Origin: an uncultured virus (IMG/VR IMGVR_UViG_2724679346_000005)
Taxonomy: Duplodnaviria > Heunggongvirae > Uroviricota > Caudoviricetes
DNA: 20,000 nucleotides
Virus record (IMG/VR): IMGVR_UViG_2724679346_000005
Reading direction: 5' to 3' (one strand)
Every line of letters begins with the position of its first letter. Positions within the stretch are counted from its first letter, which is position 1. Under the pieces are notes generated by a model. The model was not told the DNA's origin. It did not search any database and saw nothing but the letters and a program-made list of their open reading frames with translations. Of this stretch, positions 1-7,508 are shown one piece after another. A program made the position numbers and the translations under genes.

Positions 1-331
1 AGGCGGCGTTCCGATAAACAGCAAACATATTCTTATCGACATCTGCCGCTAAGGGGTCCCCCATTCTCTCACAAATCGCCAATAGTTTAGCTTTACGGGA
101 CTCGCCAGAAGATAGGGTTTTACCGTGCATTTCATACCATCGCTCAACTAATTCATTAAGCGTTACCGCACTAATGCCCAGCCCCGTATCTTGTTTATTC
201 ACCATCATGCGACGTTCGTATGAAAGTGCTTCGCCTTTAGTGGCAAACTGTTTGCGTATACGCTTGTTATCACGACCATAAGGGAAGCATTGGCAAAGCC
301 ATTTTCCTGACGGAAGTTTACTGACTGCCAT
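1..331 (-). CDS. int: Phage tyrosine integrase, 5' part (runs off the window; possible frameshift near nt 11)
   Basis: Not in the ORF track. Manual translation from ATG at 331: MAVSKLPSGKWLCQCFPYGRDNKRIRKQFATKGEALSYERRMM...RWYEMHGKTLSSGESRKAKLLAICERMGDPLAADVDKNMFAVYR, a 186/HP1-type integrase N-terminus. Start overlaps the upstream stop (TAATG). Confidence 0.9.
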   Translation of the reverse strand, partial: MAVSKLPSGKWLCQCFPYGRDNKRIRKQFATKGEALSYERRMMVNKQDTGLGISAVTLNELVERWYEMHGKTLSSGESRKAKLLAICERMGDPLAADVDKNMFAVYRNAA

Positions 332-711
332 TAATCCTGCACCCACTGCATCATAATCATTAACATCATGGCGGTTGATTTGACACTTTGATTAGTGAAA
401 ATTTCTTTATTTTGAATTGGATCTGATTCTGGAGCAAAAGCATCATCAAGTTGTTTTGCTAATTCACTCGCGTAAGGTTTAAAATCATCAACCGATTTTA
501 TTTTTCTATTTATCTCAGGTGCTAATAGCTTTTTGCTGTATATCCCGGCGATAAAGTCAGCACAAGTTGCAAGTTTGTTTTCCGGCGTGGCTGTTTGCCA
601 TGTAAGCGCATTGGCTTCATGCAGGGTTCCCCCCGCATACCAATTTTCAGCAAATGCGTTATTTGTGAATAAGGCAAAAATAAGAAACGTCAGTGACAGT
701 ACCTTTTTCAT
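331..711 (-). CDS. Secreted/periplasmic hypothetical protein (accessory gene)
   Basis: 126 aa; Sec signal peptide MKK + hydrophobic core + AFA cleavage motif; GAGG RBS upstream. Confidence 0.85.
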   Translation of the reverse strand: MKKVLSLTFLIFALFTNNAFAENWYAGGTLHEANALTWQTATPENKLATCADFIAGIYSKKLLAPEINRKIKSVDDFKPYASELAKQLDDAFAPESDPIQNKEIFTNQSVKSTAMMLMIMMQWVQD

Positions 712-779
712 CGCTAGCCCTCGATAAGGTTAAGAAAATAATTAATTAAATATCACAATGTAAATAATTTGAGCGTGAG

Positions 780-1199
780 TTACTTACTAAATGTGACTAT
801 TAAAAGCGCAATTAAAAAACCTGAAGCAAATACGCCCCCTGAAAATATCGGGTAGTGGCGAAATGGTTTCTGCTCCCGATAAACAGCAAAAGTATTCTTG
901 TCAAAATCAGTGACCAGTGGATCACCCAACCGTTCGCAGATAGCCTCTAACTTTACCTTTCGGGTTTTACCTGATGTTAAAGTCTGCCCGTGCATTTCAT
1001 ACCAACGACTAACTAAATTGCTGAGTTTCAATGTATTGCTCACAGAAACCTCAACAACCTGATCTTTCTGCATCATACGGCGCTCAAATGAGAGCGCCTC
1101 GCCTTTAGTAGCAAACTGCTTACGAAGCCGCTCACCACGCCGTCCATTGGGATAACACTCACAAATCCATTTGCCAGTAGTTAATTTACGAACAGCCAC
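780..1199 (-). pseudogene. int: Truncated second integrase (N-terminal ~110 aa) fused in frame to an unrelated hydrophobic C-terminus
   Basis: GTG start with GAGGA RBS. Aligns by eye with the 1..331 integrase up to FAVYR; int-like sequence ends near nt 870, followed by KPFRHYPIFSGGVFASGFLIALLIVTFSK-stop; no catalytic domain. Confidence 0.85.
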
Positions 1200-1219
1200 G
1201 TAGTTTTCCTCTTATGCCA

Positions 1220-2917
1220 TCAGGCAACAACCAATTCCTGTTCAGGATTGGCATCTAGTTGAGCCTGTCTAGCGAGAGCAAGGCTTTCCCTGTATTCGTA
1301 CGCATCAGCTTTTAATGTCCAATGGGTTTCAATATGCATATCATCAAGTAGCGATTTAATATCTGACAACGACACACTAAAGAACTCTTTGCGCTGATTA
1401 ATTTTATTAAGCTGAGCCTGTTTGAATTTTCTATGAAGCGCATTTTCGAGGGTAGGTGCATCTTCACTATAAATCATGGCGTGAACATCAAACGAGAATG
1501 GTACGCTTGCATCACCGAGTTCTTTTACACGATCCATCGGTTCTAAACGTCTGGTCATACCGATTTTAAATACATCTTCACCAAAGGAACCAATATTACT
1601 AATTACATAGACATGGCCAGCTCGTGTTTGTTGAGCCATAGATATTGCACGTTGATTTTTTGCTTCTGCCTCTTCATATTTCTTCTGTAGCTCATCTAAC
1701 TGCTGTTGTAACACAGCCCGCTGTTCATCATTTGCAGCTTGTAGATCCTTAGTTGCTTTTTCGATAGCCTGCACTATCATTTTTTCTTCTTTTTCAGCAT
1801 CTTTAATAGCTTTTTCATATTCCTTACGGGCTTTTTCTTCTTCCCTTAACTGTTCTTTAATTCTTCTTTGTTCTTCTTTTTCTTCTATGAGAATTTCATT
1901 TACAGCGACTGCCCATCGAAGCTCATTTAATCTTGCCTGCAAAAAAGTATCTGTTATTTTTGCATCTCTGAATGCACCACCGTTAAAATTAACAAGCGAA
2001 AATGCATCTCTTATTTCTTGTGATAATTTGCCATAATTGTTATAGCGGACTTTTGCCATAACAGTATCAACCTTGCCATTAAAGGCATCTAGTATAAAAT
2101 TGATTGCCGTATTACGTCTGTTTGGCTCAACATACTGGCAGCTTGCCGCTTTATCAGCGCGCATCAGCGTTCTGGTTAGTTCTCTCGCCTTTTTCAACTC
2201 ATTGCCAGCATCTTTAAATGAATATTCTTCTGCTAATTCATCTAATATACTTCTATTAGGAATAATCCACTCATCTCCATAGCCTTTTATTTTATTTTTC
2301 ATTGCATTTGCTACTGACTCATACTTTTCAGCAAACTCTTTAGCCTCATACGCCGAACCTGCTATTTCTTTAGCCCTTTCTTCCGCATTATTCATTAAGC
2401 TAACTGCATTATCATTTGCATTACGGATAATTTCCTCAGCTTTTGTATGGGCCTCATCTAACTTCTCTTTTGCTTTAAGGCGAGTTTCGCGAACTTCGCG
2501 AGTAATTGCTATAGCCTCTTCACGCGCATTGCCCAGAGTCATTTGAGCTTGTTTATCAGCATTTATTATCGTTATCTCTGAATGCCTGTTTGCTTCATTA
2601 ATTATTTTTGAAGACTTGTTATGAGCATCATGAAGTAGTTTTTTAACTGTTTCATTCGCATCTGAAATTATTTTATCTGCAAATAATTCCGCATTGTAAA
2701 TCTCGGTATACTTCCATAAAGGAGCTGTATTTTCCTCTAACTCTATATACTTGTTATGTGAGGATGTCAGTTCACTTTTAAGATTTTCGATCTCTAACTT
2801 TATCTTTTCTTCATCAATTCTCAGTTGCTTGAGTAATTTCTGTTTTTTTATTATCAAATAAAACAGATATGGACTAACCACCCCTAAAACAATAAGAACA
2901 ATAAGTACGATTTCCAT
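1220..2917 (-). CDS. Membrane-anchored DUF4041 + T5orf172/GIY-YIG-like nuclease; probable anti-phage protein (SNIPE/PD-lambda-1-like)
   Basis: N-terminal TM helix (aa ~3-23), long coiled coil, central DUF4041-like region (ILDAFNGKVD...ARLNEL), C-terminal GHVYVISNIGSFGEDVFKIGMTRRLEPMDRVKELGDASVPF...LENALH...RKEFF; GGAGG RBS; AT-rich. Confidence 0.85.
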   Translation of the reverse strand: MEIVLIVLIVLGVVSPYLFYLIIKKQKLLKQLRIDEEKIKLEIENLKSELTSSHNKYIELEENTAPLWKYTEIYNAELFADKIISDANETVKKLLHDAHNKSSKIINEANRHSEITIINADKQAQMTLGNAREEAIAITREVRETRLKAKEKLDEAHTKAEEIIRNANDNAVSLMNNAEERAKEIAGSAYEAKEFAEKYESVANAMKNKIKGYGDEWIIPNRSILDELAEEYSFKDAGNELKKARELTRTLMRADKAASCQYVEPNRRNTAINFILDAFNGKVDTVMAKVRYNNYGKLSQEIRDAFSLVNFNGGAFRDAKITDTFLQARLNELRWAVAVNEILIEEKEEQRRIKEQLREEEKARKEYEKAIKDAEKEEKMIVQAIEKATKDLQAANDEQRAVLQQQLDELQKKYEEAEAKNQRAISMAQQTRAGHVYVISNIGSFGEDVFKIGMTRRLEPMDRVKELGDASVPFSFDVHAMIYSEDAPTLENALHRKFKQAQLNKINQRKEFFSVSLSDIKSLLDDMHIETHWTLKADAYEYRESLALARQAQLDANPEQELVVA

Positions 2918-2937
2918 TAACTCAACCTCCCATATTA

Positions 2938-3306
2938 CTAGTTATTGTTCGACTTCAATTGAGGCTTCGATTGCGCGAACGCATCGCCAACCGCCTGTAT
3001 ATTTAGCCTTGCCGAGTCATCCATTGCTCGGTAATTCTCTACTAGTTTCAGCTCTTCTGTAGAGATAGTATCTGGAGGGGTTCGTTTCCCCGTCAGTATA
3101 TACATGACGTCTAAACCATACTGAGCATTCAACAATGCGAGTGTGGCAGCATCAGGTACGGTTTCCCCTCTCTCATATTTGCCCCAAGTTCTGGTTGAAA
3201 CACCAAAATTTGTCGCCATAGCCTCTTGGCTTTCACCCGTTTTTTCCCTTTCTTCACGCAGTCGTGCGCCAATTAGGAATAATAATTCCTCTTTTTTGTT
3301 TGGCAT
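2938..3306 (-). CDS. cI: Immunity repressor, XRE-family HTH
   Basis: IGARLREER...SQEAMATNFGVSTRTWGKYERGETVPD HTH; divergent from the early operon. Confidence 0.9.
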   Translation of the reverse strand: MPNKKEELLFLIGARLREEREKTGESQEAMATNFGVSTRTWGKYERGETVPDAATLALLNAQYGLDVMYILTGKRTPPDTISTEELKLVENYRAMDDSARLNIQAVGDAFAQSKPQLKSNNN

Positions 3307-3353
3307 GGGAACAATACTTCCTTAAATTGTGTTGTACAGGAACTTAGTGGATC
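3275..3353. promoter_or_regulatory. Putative repressor operators in the lysis/lysogeny switch
   Basis: AGGAAT-AATA-ATTCCT (3275-3290, perfect IR), GGGAAC-AATA-CTTCCT (3307-3322), half site AGGAAC at 3338; spacing 32 and 31 bp. Confidence 0.55.
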
Positions 3354-3366
3354 ACAATATACCATT

Positions 3367-3558
3367 ATGAAACAAGTCAAACACGATCAACGCTCGCGAT
3401 TACCGAAAGGAATTGCTTCAAAAAACCCGACCCATATGCGTTTGTCTGATGATGAGCGTGCAGAATTAGAAGCGCTCGCAGCAAAAGAAACTCGTTCAAT
3501 TTCCAGTATGGCGCGTCTAGTTTACTTGCGTGGTATCACCGCTATTCAGGCTGATTGA
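3367..3558 (+). CDS. Small DNA-binding regulator, ribbon-helix-helix-like
   Basis: THMRLSDDERAELEALAAKETRSISSMARLVYLRG fits a beta-alpha-alpha RHH pattern; first gene divergent from cI. Confidence 0.7.
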   Translation: MKQVKHDQRSRLPKGIASKNPTHMRLSDDERAELEALAAKETRSISSMARLVYLRGITAIQAD

Positions 3559-3570
3559 TAAGGGGGAATT

Positions 3571-3774
3571 ATGGGTAATGTCACCATTAATATCACCGTG
3601 CCCACGGGTTATGTCTCTCTGAAAGAATATGCCGCAATGACTGGTATCCCTTTTGCGACCTGTCGGGGAATGGTGCGTGATGGTCGGATTATTATTCGCC
3701 CGAAAGTTAAAGCTGGTGACAAAGTTGAAGTTAATTTGGTTGCTATGTTGAAAGATGCCATAGCCAATAGTTAG
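3571..3774 (+). CDS. cox: Cox/Apl-like excisionase-regulator
   Basis: YVSLKEYAAMTGIPFATCRGMVRDGRIIIRPK winged-HTH; expected position; AGGGGG RBS. Confidence 0.8.
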   Translation: MGNVTINITVPTGYVSLKEYAAMTGIPFATCRGMVRDGRIIIRPKVKAGDKVEVNLVAMLKDAIANS

Positions 3775-3785
3775 GGGAAAATACA

Positions 3786-3992
3786 ATGCACGCCTTAACC
3801 ATTATTAGCCACCATTCATCTGCCTATCGTGGCTTTGTAATTACTCATCGGCCAAGAACTGCTATTAACCCCATTGCTCGCTATGAAGTATTCCTGGGTG
3901 AACAGTCTTTCGGTTTACTTGACGCTCAAGCACTCGCCACCGGCTTCATTGATCAGTTGTATATCGAACGTAAAACGGGAGCCGCAGCATGA
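3786..3992 (+). CDS. Conserved P2-like early protein (DUF4761-like)
   Basis: YRGFVI...RYEV...FGLLDA pattern; RBS; ATGA overlap with the next gene. Confidence 0.65.
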   Translation: MHALTIISHHSSAYRGFVITHRPRTAINPIARYEVFLGEQSFGLLDAQALATGFIDQLYIERKTGAAA

Positions 3993-4303
3993 AATCACCT
4001 TGCCTGCAGATAGCTAACGCCATACTGCGAACACACATGGCTGATATGGGAGAGTTAACCCGACGTGCGATAGAGGAAAATGGTGTTTTATCCCTTAAAG
4101 CTAATCTCCATGCTCGTGAAAAAAAAGCCATCACCAGCAGCACCCTTGCAGGCTTAAGTATGATTACCGCCATAGCGTGGCAATTGCGTGAAAACAAATT
4201 AGCCACTTTCCACCAACTGAATGCCGCAACACAGCAATTTCGGGAGTCAGGCGTCATACCTCAATTTTTCAATGAAGAGGTACAGACATGCCGGGGCAAC
4301 TAA
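3989..4303 (+). CDS. Hypothetical early protein
   Basis: 104 aa, GGAG RBS, translationally coupled in the operon. Confidence 0.7.
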   Translation: MKSPCLQIANAILRTHMADMGELTRRAIEENGVLSLKANLHAREKKAITSSTLAGLSMITAIAWQLRENKLATFHQLNAATQQFRESGVIPQFFNEEVQTCRGN

Positions 4304-4434
4304 TTGAATTGACCAGCGGAGCATTAGCCGTGCTGGCCGTGCTTATCTGGCTTGCGTTTCTGTCTGCCCGCGCCGTGATCCGCGATCACCGCCGTCGCAC
4401 CAATATCAAACGCAAAGCGCGCCAACACTCTTAA
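4288..4434 (+). CDS. Small single-TM membrane protein (48 aa)
   Basis: Not in the track. MPGQLIELTSGALAVLAVLIWLAFLSARAVIRDHRRRTNIKRKARQHS; GAGG RBS at 4277-4280; fills the operon gap. Confidence 0.7.
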   Translation: MPGQLIELTSGALAVLAVLIWLAFLSARAVIRDHRRRTNIKRKARQHS

Positions 4435-4444
4435 GGAGAAAGGG

Positions 4445-4705
4445 ATGAAACAAGCATATTTCACATTGATTAACGACCTGTTGCAGCAATACCACTTCAA
4501 GGCCGAAAACCTGCGCGCCGCTTCCGCTGTTGCCGACGAGGTGCGAATGTTTTCGCTAAATGATTACGCCTTTCGTCTAAGTGTCGGTCTGGAGGGTCTG
4601 TTAAGCACGGCGCAAGCATCCGGGGATCAGGACAGCGCTCAGGAATTAGAGCTGTTGGTGACTCAGTGTAATTCCGGGGGTATTTCAGAGCCGACACATT
4701 ATTGA
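4445..4705 (+). CDS. Hypothetical early protein
   Basis: 86 aa, strong AAGGAG RBS. Confidence 0.75.
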   Translation: MKQAYFTLINDLLQQYHFKAENLRAASAVADEVRMFSLNDYAFRLSVGLEGLLSTAQASGDQDSAQELELLVTQCNSGGISEPTHY

Positions 4706-4732
4706 GTTAATTACTGTCATACCGAGAGGTGA

Positions 4733-5041
4733 ATGATGGGGCAAATTAATACGGACGGTTCGCCGCTTTCAATGCAGGAATGGAATCAGAAAGTAGGTTT
4801 ACGGCATTTAGACCGCATAAAGGAACTGTTTAAAAAGGATCCAGATGAAGAGTTTGAGCAGCGTTTGGAATCATTGAGCAAAGGTAAAACAAAAGGCATT
4901 ATTTATTATGCGGCTGGGATAAAGAAAGACAGCCATGAAAGAAAATTCCGTGAGTTGGAATATCATGAAAGAAAAGCAGTACGTAAAGCGGCGTTGGATT
5001 TATGGGTTGATTTAAATTCAATCCCGAAAGACTTGTTATAA
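4733..5041 (+). CDS. Early protein, DUF5347/P2 gpB-like
   Basis: IIYYAAGIKKDSH...EL...E pattern and position; GAGGT RBS. Confidence 0.55.
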   Translation: MMGQINTDGSPLSMQEWNQKVGLRHLDRIKELFKKDPDEEFEQRLESLSKGKTKGIIYYAAGIKKDSHERKFRELEYHERKAVRKAALDLWVDLNSIPKDLL

Positions 5042-5123
5042 ATAAATCGCATTTTAACGAGTGATTAAATAAGGCGTATTTACTGCGTCGGGCTTCCTAT
5101 TATCTAAAATAAGGCCATACAAC

Positions 5124-5891
5124 ATGACAGAACAAAAAAACAACACTGCGCATATTACCATTTCATATTTGCGTGCTTTCATAAGTAGCAGTCCAGCTAT
5201 CGCTTTATCAATGCTGACAAGAGAAAGAGCGCTTACCGATCTTGCGCAACTAGAAGGTATGTTAAATAGTCAATCGGCCTCTATTAGCGCACTGAAAGAG
5301 CAGGTAAAAATTGCGTCTGGCGCTGCAATGAAAGCATCGGGCTATTTAGATTCAATAATAGCAGCGATTGAAACGACAACACACGGTAAAAACTGCGCTG
5401 CCAATTACGCAGACGAGACTGCTTTCAATGTTATTTCAGCTATCCATAAAACTGAATCAGCCTATAGAGAAGCCTTGCGCACAGCGGAAGCATTCCAAAA
5501 GACAAGATTAAAAGTGGAACCTACCAGCGATCTATTCGATGCCCATTCATATGCATATTTTACCCATTACGCTCCCTCTCCTGGTATTTATGGACTTACC
5601 TCCCGTCGCTCAGGGAAGGCCACTTACGCGCAATATATGACAATTTCATCTGAAATCATTGATGAAGCTATCCGCGCCTCAAAAATACATCCCAAATGGC
5701 CGACTGATGTAGTTCACGCTGTCTCTATTCTCACCGAGGAATCAGGCGAGTTAATGAAAGCGGCTATTGAATACCATTATAACAATGGCGATATAGAAGC
5801 CGTCCGCGAGGAGGCTATCCAGACGGGTGCAATGGCTTTGCGTGTATTGATGAATATCGATAAATACAACCGTCCGTCTGACGAAAAATAA
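5124..5891 (+). CDS. Protein with C-terminal MazG-like NTP pyrophosphohydrolase domain
   Basis: ILTEESGELMKA...VREEAIQTGAMALR resembles the MazG-type acidic metal-binding motif; N-terminal ~170 aa unassigned. Confidence 0.7.
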   Translation: MTEQKNNTAHITISYLRAFISSSPAIALSMLTRERALTDLAQLEGMLNSQSASISALKEQVKIASGAAMKASGYLDSIIAAIETTTHGKNCAANYADETAFNVISAIHKTESAYREALRTAEAFQKTRLKVEPTSDLFDAHSYAYFTHYAPSPGIYGLTSRRSGKATYAQYMTISSEIIDEAIRASKIHPKWPTDVVHAVSILTEESGELMKAAIEYHYNNGDIEAVREEAIQTGAMALRVLMNIDKYNRPSDEK

Positions 5892-5898
5892 ACACATA

Positions 5899-5936
5899 TC
5901 CCTTTGGCGCATTGCGTTAGAGGGAGTTAATTTTTT
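5899..5936 (+). terminator. Hairpin plus T-tract between the MazG-like and exonuclease genes
   Basis: TCCCTTTGGCGC-ATT-GCGTTAGAGGGA (12-bp stem with G-U pairs), then GTTAATTTTTT. Confidence 0.4.
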
Positions 5937-5947
5937 AGGGGTGTGAA

Positions 5948-6601
5948 ATGAAAAATAATAAATTAGCTAAAGCCATTGAAGCATTTATTGCCGCAGTGAA
6001 AAAAACTGGCTTTAAAATCTATCAGGCTTTATGCCGCTACGGCGCACATAATCGTGCTAACAGATGGTTGAAACGTAATTATCTTATTCTGGATACAGAA
6101 ACAACGGGCCTTGGTAATGATGCTGAAATAATTGAAATCAGTATCATTGATTGTACTGGAAAGATATTACTGGATACGCTTGTTAAGCCATTAAAAGCCA
6201 TTCCCGCAGAGGTAACCGCCATTCATGGAATTACTAATGAAATGGTGGCTGATGCACCAACGTGGCGAGATATTCATTATCAATTCATGACGCTGACGAA
6301 TGACCGTACTCTGCTTATTTACAATGCACTATTTGACTCTCGTTTAATTTTTCAAACGGCGGCTGCTAATAATTGCCCGGTGCCAGAGAAAAAATATATT
6401 TTTGATGCCGAGTGCGTTATGGAAAGTTACGCCAAATATTACGGCCAGTGGGATCAGAAGCGGAATAAGTTTAAATGGCAACGGTTGAGTAATGCAGCCG
6501 AGCAACAAGGCGTTGTTATTGATGGTGTCGCACACCGTGCGCTTGCCGATTGCAAAACAACGCTAGGTATTATCCGCGCTATGGCGGGGGTGAAGTCATG
6601 A
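5948..6601 (+). CDS. DEDDh 3'-5' exonuclease (DnaQ-like)
   Basis: ExoI LDTETTG, ExoII YNALFD, ExoIII HRALAD. Confidence 0.93.
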   Translation: MKNNKLAKAIEAFIAAVKKTGFKIYQALCRYGAHNRANRWLKRNYLILDTETTGLGNDAEIIEISIIDCTGKILLDTLVKPLKAIPAEVTAIHGITNEMVADAPTWRDIHYQFMTLTNDRTLLIYNALFDSRLIFQTAAANNCPVPEKKYIFDAECVMESYAKYYGQWDQKRNKFKWQRLSNAAEQQGVVIDGVAHRALADCKTTLGIIRAMAGVKS

Positions 6602-7416
6602 AACGCATTTTCTCCCCGCTGAAATGGGCCGGTTCCAAAGGCCGTATTATGCCAACCTTGCGCCAACATCTGCCCGCTGGAAAGCGTCTGGTCGAGCCGT
6701 TCGCCGGTTCCTGTTCCGTCATGCTGAATACTGACTATGACGAGTATCTCATTGCTGATATTAACGACGATTTAATTAATTTCTATCAGCAATTACAGCG
6801 GGATTGCGAGAGCATCATTGTTCTTGCAAAAGAGCTTTTCAAATTTGATAACAGTGAAGCGAATTATTATTCGAATCGTCAACATTTCAATGAACGCGAG
6901 TTAAGTGACGAGTACCGCGCCGCAATATTCTTATACTTAAACCGCCATTGTCATGGTGGTATTTGCCGTTATAACCAAAAGGGTGAATTCAACGTTCCCT
7001 ACGGAAGATATAAAGCGCCCTATTTCCCCGAAGCTGAGATCCGTTATTTCGCTGAGAAATCCCAAAAGGCCACGTTTGTATGCTGTGACTTTTTCGAAGC
7101 GCTAACCATGACTATGCCGGGCGACGTGGTTTATTGCGATCCCCCTTACATTCCAACATCCGCTACCGCAGATTTCACCAGTTACCATACAGGCGGTTTT
7201 AGTTCTAATGAGCAATTTTGGTTATCGGAAATACTCACGATCATAGCGGATCAAGGTTGCCACGTTATTGCATCGAACAGCGATACCCCACACGGCCGCT
7301 ATCTTTACGAAAGTTTTGATATTCACAGCATTACCGCCCCCCGCTCTGCCAGTTGCAAAGCTGATGGCCGTAAGGCGGTAGGTGAAATTATTGCAACCTT
7401 GAGGGCTGCAATATGA
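6598..7416 (+). CDS. dam: DNA adenine methyltransferase (Dam family)
   Basis: LKWAGSK, EPFAGS, YCDPPY motifs; start at ATG 6598 (ATGA overlap with the exonuclease stop). Confidence 0.95.
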   Translation: MKRIFSPLKWAGSKGRIMPTLRQHLPAGKRLVEPFAGSCSVMLNTDYDEYLIADINDDLINFYQQLQRDCESIIVLAKELFKFDNSEANYYSNRQHFNERELSDEYRAAIFLYLNRHCHGGICRYNQKGEFNVPYGRYKAPYFPEAEIRYFAEKSQKATFVCCDFFEALTMTMPGDVVYCDPPYIPTSATADFTSYHTGGFSSNEQFWLSEILTIIADQGCHVIASNSDTPHGRYLYESFDIHSITAPRSASCKADGRKAVGEIIATLRAAI

Positions 7417-7508
7417 CCAAGGGTGCTTCGACGGCGGAAGCGTTCATAAGGGCGTACTTAGCCACGCCACTGTGGATAGGTATTGATCTGGCTGGTATTG
7501 CTGAATGA
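7413..7508 (+). CDS. 31-aa linker ORF between dam and A
   Basis: MTKGASTAEAFIRAYLATPLWIGIDLAGIAE; ATGA overlaps at both ends; GAGG RBS upstream. Confidence 0.55.
   Translation: MTKGASTAEAFIRAYLATPLWIGIDLAGIAE

Noticed and set aside
2280..2700. Ala-rich periodic segment as a DNA tandem repeat or tape-measure fragment
   Set aside because: The periodicity is protein-level coiled coil within the 565-aa ORF; no exact DNA repeats were seen
5598..5625. SRRSGKAT as a Walker A motif in the MazG-like protein
   Set aside because: It does not fit GxxxxGK[ST] and there is no Walker B or P-loop context
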